Below are positions 26,443-35,885 of a stretch of 64,000 nucleotides of DNA, one piece after another; position 1 is the first letter of the stretch; each line of letters begins with the position of its first letter. This DNA is from Bacteroidales bacterium (GTDB taxonomy: Bacteria; Bacteroidota; Bacteroidia; Bacteroidales; VadinHA17): the NCBI GenBank assembly GCA_025454755.1, contig JALONV010000003.1:3158-67157 (forward strand), in the 5' to 3' direction. The notes under the pieces are model-generated. The model made no database searches and was not told the origin of the DNA. It was given only the letters and a program-made list of their open reading frames with translations. The position numbers were made by a program, and so were the translations under genes.

Positions 26443-28971
26443 TCAGATGATTCCTCCGAAGAAGATAGCATTAATAAATATTTTATTCGTACCATACCAG
26501 ACTGCCCTGAAATTTGGATTATCATAGATTGAAATCACTCCCGCTCCGTGAATGCTGACAAAGGGAGAACCCTTAATCCTTTTCAGGTTATCCTTTGTAC
26601 AATAACCGCTCATCAGGGGATCATTCGTATAAACAACAGGATTATTATATATATTCTGATCGGATTTTGCCACCATTTCACCTGATTTGAACACCGGGAG
26701 CATATCCCTGGTATACCCGTAGCAGACAGGATGAGTAAGGTCAAGTTTTGTCTGGAATATAGTCCCCGGAATCGTTCTGGCCTGACTGTTCGCCGACCGG
26801 TCAGCATAAATACCTGTTTTAAGGTTAGTTTGTTCAGAAGGAACAAATTCAATCTCTGCAAACTTATTCTTCGCCAGCCAGTTATTGCCTCCTTCAGTTG
26901 CAATTATCACTCCGCCTTTCTGGTTCCATGTTTTTATATTTTCAATCGCTGAAGCAGAAACATCAGGAGAACCTGTGACTATAAGAACATTGTACTTATC
27001 CAGATTTGTTGTGCCTATTCTCGATGTTGACGCTATCGTCACCGGGATTTTAAACCTTGTATCGAGCATATGCCAGATTTCCCCGGCGTCTGTGCTGCTG
27101 ATACCATCACCGGCTATCATCAGGACAGAAGGCTTGGCAATAACGGCAAAGCTGCCGCTTCCCAGATCCATTCCTGATTCGGTAAATCCGGTGCTCATGC
27201 CATAGAATTTTATACCACAATCTTTCGAGATCTCTGATATAAGCTTTCTGAGCTCAGCCTTATCCATAGATTGTAAAGAAACAGGAATCAGTATCGTTCC
27301 ATAAGAAAAATTATGCCTGAAGCTGCTGCCGTTAAAAGCGAATTCCTTTTTTGCGATCCTGGTCACGACACCCGCATCCTGGAGCGCATACAGCGCCCGT
27401 GGTGAAAGATATTCATTCCACTCAAAAAGATATGCGTAAGGATCGTCAGGACCCAATATTTTACCTTCAGCGGCAGGTGCCGTTCTTATTTCTTCTCCGG
27501 CAAGCCCCTCAAAATCCATTGGACTAGTAACGGAGGTATAACGGATATTGAATGACATCGGCAGAACCCATGTTGAAATATCATAGAATGAGCTGTCAGT
27601 GAATTCCCTGACCGGCTCGAACAGAGATCTTATAAACCTGTATTCATTCTGTTTCAGAGGAACTACATAAGTCTCTTCAGCTCTGAAGGCCGCAATATCC
27701 TTTTTAGCTTTGTAAATCCTGATCTGCTGATCCAGCAGGATGCGGATAAACTCGGAAAGCCTTCCCTGGTCGTATTTTTCAGAAAATGCAAAAGCTTTTA
27801 CAGGATACTTTTCGGCAAGGGTAAGTGCATCTTTATAAAACTTTCGCTGACTTTCAAGCAGTTTCTCCCTCATTTCAACGGAAGCTTCGAGTGTCGAAAG
27901 AGAAACAGTCACCTGGTTTCTTATTGCATACGGGAAGGAGAGAAGGAATCCCGGCGTTTCCCTTAAATGACCCCTGACTCCTGCCTGTTCAAAGAGTATG
28001 CCGACTGAACCATGCAAATCAGGCCACGAAGAGCCTTTGCCAATAAAGAAGTCATCATAACCTTCCTCGGTAAAGTAAAGACTCCCGATCTCGTTGAGGT
28101 ATTTTTCATGGTATTTACCGATTTCGGCTGTCAGCTGCTGGTTTTCAGCAGGAGTCAGAGGATTATTTCTCGACTGTATGCCCGGCATGTAAAAAAAAGT
28201 CGCACCTGAACCCTGCTCGTGATGGTCGGTATTAATGTTCGGCCGCCACCTGAAAAAGGCCTCTATACGTCCTCTGGTTTCAGGAAGCTGCAGGCTATAA
28301 TAGTCCCGGTTAAGATCGAACCAGTAATGATTTGATCTTCCTCCCGGCCATGGTTCACTGAATTCCATGGAAGCCGGATCGGGATTATCATTGAGACTTC
28401 TCATTGAATTAACCCATGTTGAGTGACGCTGCATACCGTCAGGATTCATGGATGGATCTATGAGAATTATATTGTTTTTAAGAAGGTTCTCGATCTTCTG
28501 ACCTTCTCCGGCAACAAGATAATATGCCACCAGTGCTGATGCATTCTGAGCGCTTGATTCATTGCCATGAACTCCATATCCCAGTTTTACAACAAGAGGC
28601 ATATCCTTAATACTCTGCCTGTCTGAGATGCCGGGATCTGAAAGAGCGATATGCTGAATTCTGAGCTGTTCTATGTTCTTGATATTCTCAGACGAACTGA
28701 TTATCAGCTGTCCGAGGTGGCGACCTTCATAGCTTTTTCCATACTCTTCCCAGTATGCTCTGTCTGAAACACGGGCCAGCTCAAGCATATAGAAAAAAAG
28801 CTTGTCATGGGTGAGATGCCATTCCCCGACCTCGTGACCGAAAAATTGCTTTGGCGTTGGAATCGCGGCATTATAACCAATATCTTCGGGAAGATAGTAA
28901 CCAATTGAGACCTGTGCATCTGTTAAAGAAATAACAGCTGACAGGAGCAGGAGTAGGATGGTTTTTTTCAT
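26443..28971 (-). CDS. Secreted M14 family zinc carboxypeptidase
   Basis: Signal peptide MKKTILLLLLS; HGNESS, NPDG, NHYWFDLNRD, DHHEQG. Confidence 0.88.
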   Translation of the reverse strand: MKKTILLLLLSAVISLTDAQVSIGYYLPEDIGYNAAIPTPKQFFGHEVGEWHLTHDKLFFYMLELARVSDRAYWEEYGKSYEGRHLGQLIISSSENIKNIEQLRIQHIALSDPGISDRQSIKDMPLVVKLGYGVHGNESSAQNASALVAYYLVAGEGQKIENLLKNNIILIDPSMNPDGMQRHSTWVNSMRSLNDNPDPASMEFSEPWPGGRSNHYWFDLNRDYYSLQLPETRGRIEAFFRWRPNINTDHHEQGSGATFFYMPGIQSRNNPLTPAENQQLTAEIGKYHEKYLNEIGSLYFTEEGYDDFFIGKGSSWPDLHGSVGILFEQAGVRGHLRETPGFLLSFPYAIRNQVTVSLSTLEASVEMREKLLESQRKFYKDALTLAEKYPVKAFAFSEKYDQGRLSEFIRILLDQQIRIYKAKKDIAAFRAEETYVVPLKQNEYRFIRSLFEPVREFTDSSFYDISTWVLPMSFNIRYTSVTSPMDFEGLAGEEIRTAPAAEGKILGPDDPYAYLFEWNEYLSPRALYALQDAGVVTRIAKKEFAFNGSSFRHNFSYGTILIPVSLQSMDKAELRKLISEISKDCGIKFYGMSTGFTESGMDLGSGSFAVIAKPSVLMIAGDGISSTDAGEIWHMLDTRFKIPVTIASTSRIGTTNLDKYNVLIVTGSPDVSASAIENIKTWNQKGGVIIATEGGNNWLAKNKFAEIEFVPSEQTNLKTGIYADRSANSQARTIPGTIFQTKLDLTHPVCYGYTRDMLPVFKSGEMVAKSDQNIYNNPVVYTNDPLMSGYCTKDNLKRIKGSPFVSIHGAGVISIYDNPNFRAVWYGTNKIFINAIFFGGII

Positions 28972-29037
28972 GTTTTCTTCTATGTATTTTGCAGATATTT
29001 TTATGAGAATACAGGATTTGCCACTGATCAACCGGTT

Positions 29038-30153
29038 TTAAGATGTACTGCCTTTGAGCCCCTTCACCCTCGCGCCTTTACGCCTTATTTCATAATGTTT
29101 TGAATCTCCCCATTCACCGTAAACTACCTCAGCATCTGCCAGTGAAACCCTGGCTTCCAGGCAACTCTGGCAATCTTCAGCTGAGTCGTCGGTACAAGGT
29201 TTGTTATTGTACAATTTATAGCTGTCGCGGTATTTACCCGGCGTAATGTTGGGCATCAGGATGTTAGCACCTATTTTAACCGCTTTCTCTCTTCCAATGG
29301 GATCTATTGCCTGGAGGGCAGTTGCTGCAACAATGTTTATATCCTTCATTATGATCCTGAGGATGGCTATCATCTTAAGCGTAAGGTCGAATCTTTCATT
29401 CAGGGCCAGGAGCTTGTCCGCATGTTCAATAAGCGGTGTGTCGGCATGTTCAATATAAGGACCCATGCCGCACATATCGATATCTAACTCCTGAAAGAAT
29501 AGCAGATCGCCGGCCAGATCATCCAGCGTCTGGAACGGCAAACCTATCATTACGCCTGTTCCAGTCTGATAACCGATATCCTGAAGGCTTTTAAGGCAAT
29601 CAAGTCTTCGCTGGAAATCATGCTTTTTGTTATTCGGATGTATCTTGCTGTAGAGCTCCTTGTTTGTCGATTCAACCCGAAGAAGGTAGCGGTGTGCTCC
29701 TGCATCGAACCATGCTTTGTACACTTCAGGCTTCTGTTCTCCGACCGACAGTGTTATTCCAAGTTTCCCGCCGGAAAGCTCCTTAATATTATTGAGTAAC
29801 TTTATTACTCGTTTTGTAAAAGCCGGACTTTCAATTTCACCTGATTGAAGAGCCAGGGAGCCATAGTTGTTGTCGAATGCAAATTTCGCAGCGGCAAGGA
29901 TCTCATCATCGGAGAGGTTATAGCGTTTAAGGTTTTTATTTCCCCTTCTTATGCCGCAATAGAGACAATCCTTGCTGCAAACATTTGAAAACTCAATCAA
30001 TCCCCTGAACCAGACTTTTCTGCCTATATATTTCTCTTTTGTTTCTGCGGACTTACTGAAAAGAAGGCTTCTCTCTTCACCCTTAGCCTGAAGCAGTCGT
30101 ATGATTTCCTCCTTATTGAAGGACTCCTTTTTAAGTATATCTTTTACATCCAT
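29038..30153 (-). CDS. hydE: [FeFe]-hydrogenase H-cluster radical SAM maturase HydE
   Basis: RGLIEFSNVCSKDCLYCGIR, GVMIGLPFQT, GMGPYI.H.DTPL, GANILMPNITP, YxLY. Confidence 0.92.
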   Translation of the reverse strand: MDVKDILKKESFNKEEIIRLLQAKGEERSLLFSKSAETKEKYIGRKVWFRGLIEFSNVCSKDCLYCGIRRGNKNLKRYNLSDDEILAAAKFAFDNNYGSLALQSGEIESPAFTKRVIKLLNNIKELSGGKLGITLSVGEQKPEVYKAWFDAGAHRYLLRVESTNKELYSKIHPNNKKHDFQRRLDCLKSLQDIGYQTGTGVMIGLPFQTLDDLAGDLLFFQELDIDMCGMGPYIEHADTPLIEHADKLLALNERFDLTLKMIAILRIIMKDINIVAATALQAIDPIGREKAVKIGANILMPNITPGKYRDSYKLYNNKPCTDDSAEDCQSCLEARVSLADAEVVYGEWGDSKHYEIRRKGARVKGLKGSTS

Positions 30154-30163
30154 CTTCTTGCCG

Positions 30164-30227
30164 TTGCTCCGTTACACCGTCACACCGTCACACCGTCGCA
30201 CCGTTGTACCATTGCACCATTGTACCT
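30164..30227. repeat. Tandem octamer array (8 units, TCACACCG/TTGCACCA family)
   Basis: Fills the spacer between the dipeptidase and hydE. Same family as 11321-11376. Confidence 0.92.
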
Positions 30228-30228
30228 A

Positions 30229-31839
30229 TTAAAATCCCCTCCCAAACATTCCCCACAATGTAACTTTCATTTCCTGCCACTTCGTCATTGCGGAATTGGC
30301 GAAGCTGCCAGTATATGCTGTTACATATTTCTTTGCATCCTCAATTCTGCCTTCTTTCACCAGCTCCTTTACCTTGGTTTCTACAACCGGTAGTTCATCA
30401 ATAGCTTTTTGTTCGAATTCCTTTACTGCTGTTTCAACCAGTGACCTGCTCCTGGACCAGTTTACAGTTGCGAGCCTGTTAGTCTCCCTGAATGCCCAGA
30501 TGGCCGCATCGGTTCTGTATCTCTGCTGTCCGCATATGCTGAATGATTGCGGCAGTTTTAAGACCCCTGAAAAGATCGGTATCCTGGGACTCTGTCCCGG
30601 ATTATCGAAAGCGAACCATACTATTCCTCCAACCTCATCGGGCAGCCAGCTTCGGCACTGTATCACATGTGAATATGAACAAGCTGTAATGGCAATTGTT
30701 CGTTGTCTCTCAATTGTACCTGGTTTCAACTCATTTATTAGTGTCCTCCAGTCGTTGTTGATCCAGTTGCTTGCCATCGGAGATTTCACTTTTTCTTCTA
30801 TGTCGTTCCCGCTGGCATCTTTCTTTTTTATGGTTACCATCAGGTTTTTAGTCATATCCCACTGGGTGCCTTCATAGGTCTCTCTGAGGAATTTCATTAC
30901 ATCCTGAACGGATAGTTTCTTTTCAGGTTTTACCGAGAAGGGCAGCTCTTCTGCATCGAATGAAAGATTCAGCGATGGCGCAAGAGTGCTCAGCACGTAG
31001 AATTCCCGTATAGCAAATGGTTTTTTCCCGTTTATTACTTTCCAGAATTTCAGTGGCTCTTTGCCATCCCAGTATCCAAGATCTTTTGCAACAGCTTTGA
31101 GATTAGAGCTGTACATGAACATGTCGGGATCTTTGAAATCTATTGTCGATATCCTCGGGATATTTGCGCAAATACCTGCATGGTCATCCGGAATTCTCTG
31201 CGCGCACCATAATGCCGAAGGTTTTCCTTTGCCTGCACCTGATATCTCAAAATGCCAGACTTCTTTCGGATCAGCAAAGGTTATGCATTCGGCAAGGTCG
31301 GCATAGCCATATTCTTCAGCGAGCTTGCCGATAAGGGCTATTGCTTCCCTGGCTGTGGAACATCTCTGAAGCGCTATTTTTTGCAGTTCCTCGATGAGGA
31401 ATAATCCATTCTCGTTCTTCAGCTCCTCTCTCCCGTAGATCGTAGTCTCGCCGATCGCCAGCTGTTTCTCATTCAGGCACGGATAAGCAGTGCTCAGGTA
31501 TGCAAATGTTTCGGCCGCTTCCGGGATCTCGCCTTTCTTTGTCACACTGGTCATGTCCCATGCTTCCTCAGTATGCAATGTTCCCCAGTACACAGGGTGC
31601 ATTGTTCCCTTTTCATTCTTCGTACCTGGTATTATGTCGAGCCATGTCCTGTAATTTCCATCGCATGTATGCGATGTCATCACCGATCCGTCTGTTGAAG
31701 CAAGGCGTCCTGCCATTATAGTTGTGCAATTTTCCTCGTAACCCGGTCCGTCAGGTTCAGTATATATATATTGTGAATATGCTGAAAGTGTTATGCCGGA
31801 AATGAATGCCAGCATGAGGAGAGAAAATAATCTTTTCAT
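30229..31839 (-). CDS. C69 family dipeptidase (Ntn hydrolase), exported
   Basis: Signal peptide, CTTIMAG..AS.DGS, LNEKQLAIGET, ALQRCSTAREAI, W.AQRIPDD. Confidence 0.88.
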   Translation of the reverse strand: MKRLFSLLMLAFISGITLSAYSQYIYTEPDGPGYEENCTTIMAGRLASTDGSVMTSHTCDGNYRTWLDIIPGTKNEKGTMHPVYWGTLHTEEAWDMTSVTKKGEIPEAAETFAYLSTAYPCLNEKQLAIGETTIYGREELKNENGLFLIEELQKIALQRCSTAREAIALIGKLAEEYGYADLAECITFADPKEVWHFEISGAGKGKPSALWCAQRIPDDHAGICANIPRISTIDFKDPDMFMYSSNLKAVAKDLGYWDGKEPLKFWKVINGKKPFAIREFYVLSTLAPSLNLSFDAEELPFSVKPEKKLSVQDVMKFLRETYEGTQWDMTKNLMVTIKKKDASGNDIEEKVKSPMASNWINNDWRTLINELKPGTIERQRTIAITACSYSHVIQCRSWLPDEVGGIVWFAFDNPGQSPRIPIFSGVLKLPQSFSICGQQRYRTDAAIWAFRETNRLATVNWSRSRSLVETAVKEFEQKAIDELPVVETKVKELVKEGRIEDAKKYVTAYTGSFANSAMTKWQEMKVTLWGMFGRGF

Positions 31840-31873
31840 GTTGATATAGATAAACGATAGTCCTTACTAATTG

Positions 31874-31881
31874 CAAATTTA
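31874..31881 (-). promoter_or_regulatory. -7 promoter element (TAAATTTG) for the dipeptidase-hydE-carboxypeptidase genes
   Basis: Exact TAnnTTTG about 35 nt upstream of the dipeptidase start. Confidence 0.55.
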
Positions 31882-31906
31882 ATTTTTAAAGTAACACAAA
31901 GAAATT

Positions 31907-31978
31907 ATCTGCGCTGATCAGCGTGATCTGCGGGAAAAAACCTGACACTTCCCGCTGATTTCGCAGATTTACGCAGAT
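31907..31978. repeat. Palindromic ATCTGCG/CGCAGAT 9-10-mer repeat element, copy 1
   Basis: Three units facing three inverted units. 23 bp (GATCAGCGTGATCTGCGGGAAAA) are identical to the copy at 51479-51543. Confidence 0.88.
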
Positions 31979-32248
31979 CTGTTCTGGGTCCTGATGGATT
32001 ATAAATTATCTTTCCTGGCGGTTATTAACATGTTGATTATTATGCAATGTATCCTGTTTTGTACTGTTTATTTTTACTATATTGCTTTAACGTTAATTCA
32101 GGGTATGAATTTATTAAATTGTTATAAATCAGAGCTTTATTTATATTCGATAGCTCAGAATGTCGGCTTCCTGAAGCGATTTTACGGTTTATAGGATTTT
32201 TCGTTTTCCGGATTATTTCGATAATTCACATCTCACCTTTATTAAGAA

Positions 32249-34324
32249 ATGATAATTGACAAATTAATAAACCCGGGCAGTATTGTTGTTGTCGGAGGAT
32301 CAGACGACCTTTTAAAACCCGGAGGAAAAATCCTGAAAAACATAATTGACGGTAAGTTTGCCGGACATCTCTGTGTGGTGAATCCGAAACAGGATGCGGT
32401 CCAGGGTTTAAAATCATACCGTGACCTGAAGGATATTCCTGAAACCGACCTTGCCATACTTGCTATCCAGGCGAAGTATTGTCTGCCGGCAGTCGATACG
32501 CTGATAAGAGAAAAGAATACAAAGGCATTCATCATTATTTCTGCCGGTTTCAGCGAAGCAGGCGAAGAAGGTAAAAAAATTGAAAAAGATATTGCAGAAC
32601 TGATCAACAAAGCCGGAGGATCCCTTATCGGCCCCAACTGCATTGGAGTAATTACACACGCATACAGCGGCATATTTACAACACCTGTTCCACGGCTTAG
32701 CCAGGGGGGATGCGATTTTGTTTCCGGTTCGGGAGCAACAGCAGTTTTCATCTTTGAATCGGCCATACCCAAGGGAGTGAACTTCTCAAGCGTTTTTTCA
32801 GTAGGCAATAGTGCACAAACAGGAGTGGAGGATGTGCTTGAATACTGGGATAATACTTTCAATCCTGAAACAAGCTCAAAGGTAAAACTGATCTATGTTG
32901 AGAGTATCCTGAATCCTGATAAGCTCCTGCATCATGCGTCTTCCCTGATACGAAAGGGATGCAGGATAGCAGCTATCAAGGCAGGTACAAGCGAAGCAGG
33001 CAGCAGAGCGGCATCATCACATACAGGAGCGCTGGCATCTTCCGACTCGGCAGTGGAAGCTCTCTTCCGCAAGGCAGGCATAGTAAGATGCTCGGGCAGG
33101 GAGGAACTGACAACCGTTGCATCGGTATTCTTCTATAAACACCTTAAAGGCAGAAATATAGCTATCATTACTCATGCGGGCGGGCCGGCCGTAATGCTTA
33201 CCGACGCTCTTTCAGCAGGCGGAATGAATATTCCGAGAATAACCGGAGAACATCACAACAAGCTTCTCACAATGATGAACCCCGGGGCTTCAGCCGACAA
33301 TCCGATCGACCTTATCGCTACCGCAACAAATGAACAGCTCGATCAGGTTATTGAGTATGTCGACAAACAGATGCCACAGATTGACGGGATGAGCGTAATA
33401 TTCGGCAGCAACGGGCTCAACGACATGATGGTCATATACGATCTTCTTCACCGGAAGATACAGGAATGTAAAAAACCGTTGTTTCCAATCCTTCCTTCTG
33501 TTGCAAGCTCTCATGATGAGCTTGAGTATTTTCTTGCAAAAGGACATGTAAACTTCCCCGATGAGGTGGTTCTCGGAAGAGCACTTACAAAAATATCAAA
33601 CACACCTTTTCCTGCCGATGAAGAAATCTTCCTCGAAGAGATTGATGTACAATCAATCAGGAATATCATCGACACTGCGCCGGATGGATATGTTGAACCT
33701 GATATAATCCAGCAGCTTCTTAAGGCCGCTAAAATTCCAACTGTCAGTGAAGCCGTTGTAAAATCAAGAAGGGAGCTTATCTCAAGAGCTGAAAAAATGG
33801 GATATCCTCTGGCATTGAAGGTTGTAGGGCCGGTTCATAAATCGGATGTAGGAGGTGTTACTCTTAATATAAAATCGAAAACACACCTGGTTGCAGAGTT
33901 CCACAGGATGATGAAGATTAAAGGAGTGACCGCAGTGCTGATGCAACAGATGATCTCAGGCACCGAACTCTTCATAGGCGCAAAATATGAGCCGAAGTTT
34001 GGGCATATTATCCTTTGCGGGCTTGGAGGCATTTTTGTTGAGGTGCTTGGCGATGTTTCCTCCGGGCTGGCACCGCTCACTTTAAATGAAGCTGACTCTA
34101 TGATCAGAAGCCTTAAAAGCTACAGGATAATACGTGGAACACGCGGCAAACCCGGAATAAACGAAAAGAAATTTGCTGAAATCATTGTCCGGTTATCAAG
34201 CCTGCTGAGGTTTGCAACTGAAATAAAGGAGATGGACCTCAATCCGCTTATAGGCACTCCGGAATCAATAACTGCAGTAGATGCAAGAATAAGAATCGGG
34301 AAAACCGCATCGTTAAATAAGTAA
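32249..34324 (+). CDS. ADP-forming acetate/acyl-CoA ligase (fused alpha-beta, ACD family)
   Basis: CoA-binding N-domain (P.SIVVVG.S, SAGFSE, IGPNCIG), phospho-His ASSHTG, NPIDL, ATP-grasp HKSDVGGV, EMDLNP. Confidence 0.92.
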   Translation: MIIDKLINPGSIVVVGGSDDLLKPGGKILKNIIDGKFAGHLCVVNPKQDAVQGLKSYRDLKDIPETDLAILAIQAKYCLPAVDTLIREKNTKAFIIISAGFSEAGEEGKKIEKDIAELINKAGGSLIGPNCIGVITHAYSGIFTTPVPRLSQGGCDFVSGSGATAVFIFESAIPKGVNFSSVFSVGNSAQTGVEDVLEYWDNTFNPETSSKVKLIYVESILNPDKLLHHASSLIRKGCRIAAIKAGTSEAGSRAASSHTGALASSDSAVEALFRKAGIVRCSGREELTTVASVFFYKHLKGRNIAIITHAGGPAVMLTDALSAGGMNIPRITGEHHNKLLTMMNPGASADNPIDLIATATNEQLDQVIEYVDKQMPQIDGMSVIFGSNGLNDMMVIYDLLHRKIQECKKPLFPILPSVASSHDELEYFLAKGHVNFPDEVVLGRALTKISNTPFPADEEIFLEEIDVQSIRNIIDTAPDGYVEPDIIQQLLKAAKIPTVSEAVVKSRRELISRAEKMGYPLALKVVGPVHKSDVGGVTLNIKSKTHLVAEFHRMMKIKGVTAVLMQQMISGTELFIGAKYEPKFGHIILCGLGGIFVEVLGDVSSGLAPLTLNEADSMIRSLKSYRIIRGTRGKPGINEKKFAEIIVRLSSLLRFATEIKEMDLNPLIGTPESITAVDARIRIGKTASLNK

Positions 34325-34326
34325 AA

Positions 34327-35649
34327 ATGAATTCAATACCAATATCATCAGAAATAATAGCAAAACTGGCACATGATAATAATCTCCCCGAACCCGGAAG
34401 AGGTTCTATCCGGGAGATATCACATCTGGTAGATTTAGTGGAAGCACAGACAGGGATCAGTTTTGTAAGAATGGAGATGGGCGTTCCCGGGCTTCCTGCG
34501 CCTTCAATAGGAATAGAAGCTGAAATAGCAGCACTTAAAAATGGCGTCGCTTCAATCTATCCGGATATTTCAGGAATTCCCATACTCAAGGAGGAAACAT
34601 CCAGATTCATCAAACTTTTTCTGAATATAAATGTTAAACCTGAGGGATGTATACCGACAGTCGGATCGATGATGGGAGGCATGGTGACATTCCTGGTAGC
34701 CAACAGGAACGACCGGACAAAGGAGGGTTCGCTCTTCATCGATCCTGGTTTCCCTGTACAGAAACAACAGGTTAAAATGCTCGGCCACGATTATCATTCT
34801 TTCGATGTATATAATTCCAGGGGGAAGAAGCTGAAGGCGAAACTTGAATCGTACCTGAAAACAGGAAAGATATCTTCACTGGTATATTCAAATCCAAACA
34901 ATCCTTCGTGGATATGCCTTACAGAAGAGGAGCTCTCAATTATCGGTGAACTTGCCACTCAATATGATGTCATTGTAATTGAAGACCTTGCATATTTCGG
35001 CATGGACTTCAGGAAGGATTATTCAACACCGGGGAAAGCTCCTTATCAGCCTACTGTTGCGCGCTATACTGACGACTACGTATTGCTGATCTCCAGCTCA
35101 AAGGTGTTCAGCTATGCAGGGCAGAGGATTGGGATGATAGCTATATCAGATCATCTTTTCACAAGATCATATCCCGATCTTTTAAGATATTATTCATCAG
35201 AAAAGTTTGGACATTCGCTTATCTTTGGCGCATTGTACGGATTATCAGCAGGTGTCTGCCATAGTGTCCAGTATGGACTTACAGCACTACTGAAGGCAGT
35301 TAATGACGGTACTTACAAATATCGTGATGACCTGCAGGAGTATGCTGAAAAAGCTGCAATAATGAAGGAGCTGTTTGTCAGAAACGGATTCAGTATTACA
35401 TATGACAAGGATCTGGATGAACCAATTGCAGACGGATTTTATTTTACTGTTTCATACCCGGGAATGAAGGGAAAAGATCTGCTCAGGGAACTGTTATCAT
35501 ATGGTATCAGTGCAATTACTCTCGACATAACCGGCAGTGAAAGAGAAGGATTGAGAGCCTGTGTTTCGTTGGTGCCACGGCAAATGTTCGGCGACCTCGG
35601 GATCAGATTGAAGAAGTTTAATGAAGATCATCAGAATAGGAATAATTAA
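34327..35649 (+). CDS. PLP-dependent aminotransferase, class I/II
   Basis: NPNNP, EDLAY, SSSKVFSYAGQRIG. Confidence 0.9.
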   Translation: MNSIPISSEIIAKLAHDNNLPEPGRGSIREISHLVDLVEAQTGISFVRMEMGVPGLPAPSIGIEAEIAALKNGVASIYPDISGIPILKEETSRFIKLFLNINVKPEGCIPTVGSMMGGMVTFLVANRNDRTKEGSLFIDPGFPVQKQQVKMLGHDYHSFDVYNSRGKKLKAKLESYLKTGKISSLVYSNPNNPSWICLTEEELSIIGELATQYDVIVIEDLAYFGMDFRKDYSTPGKAPYQPTVARYTDDYVLLISSSKVFSYAGQRIGMIAISDHLFTRSYPDLLRYYSSEKFGHSLIFGALYGLSAGVCHSVQYGLTALLKAVNDGTYKYRDDLQEYAEKAAIMKELFVRNGFSITYDKDLDEPIADGFYFTVSYPGMKGKDLLRELLSYGISAITLDITGSEREGLRACVSLVPRQMFGDLGIRLKKFNEDHQNRNN

Positions 35650-35660
35650 TTAAATGAAAT

Positions 35661-35885
35661 ATGGCAAAGATAAGAGGAAGTATAGTAGTTGAAATCGACA
35701 GATGCAAGGGGTGCGAGGTGTGCATGGTTTCCTGTCCGACAGGTACGATTGCTATGGCAAAGGAGGTAAACCACAAGGGTTACTTTTATGCTTATCCTGC
35801 TCATCCGGAACTGTGCATCGGGTGCGCAAACTGCGCAATGGTATGCCCGGATGGCGTAATAACTGTTTATAAAACAAAGATATAA
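35661..35885 (+). CDS. 2x[4Fe-4S] ferredoxin, delta subunit of 2-oxoacid:ferredoxin oxidoreductase
   Basis: CKGCEVCMVSCP and CIGCANCAMVCP. Confidence 0.9.
   Translation: MAKIRGSIVVEIDRCKGCEVCMVSCPTGTIAMAKEVNHKGYFYAYPAHPELCIGCANCAMVCPDGVITVYKTKI

Noticed and set aside
30296-30877. Long antisense ORFs (this 193-aa one, 32242-32862 and similar)
   Set aside because: They are shadows of well-supported genes on the opposite strand and carry no recognisable motifs.
31994-32248. 66-aa ORF and possible Rex site in the AT-rich region upstream of the acyl-CoA ligase
   Set aside because: The ORF looks like translated AT-rich promoter DNA, and only a half-site (TTGTTAT) without a matching arm is present.
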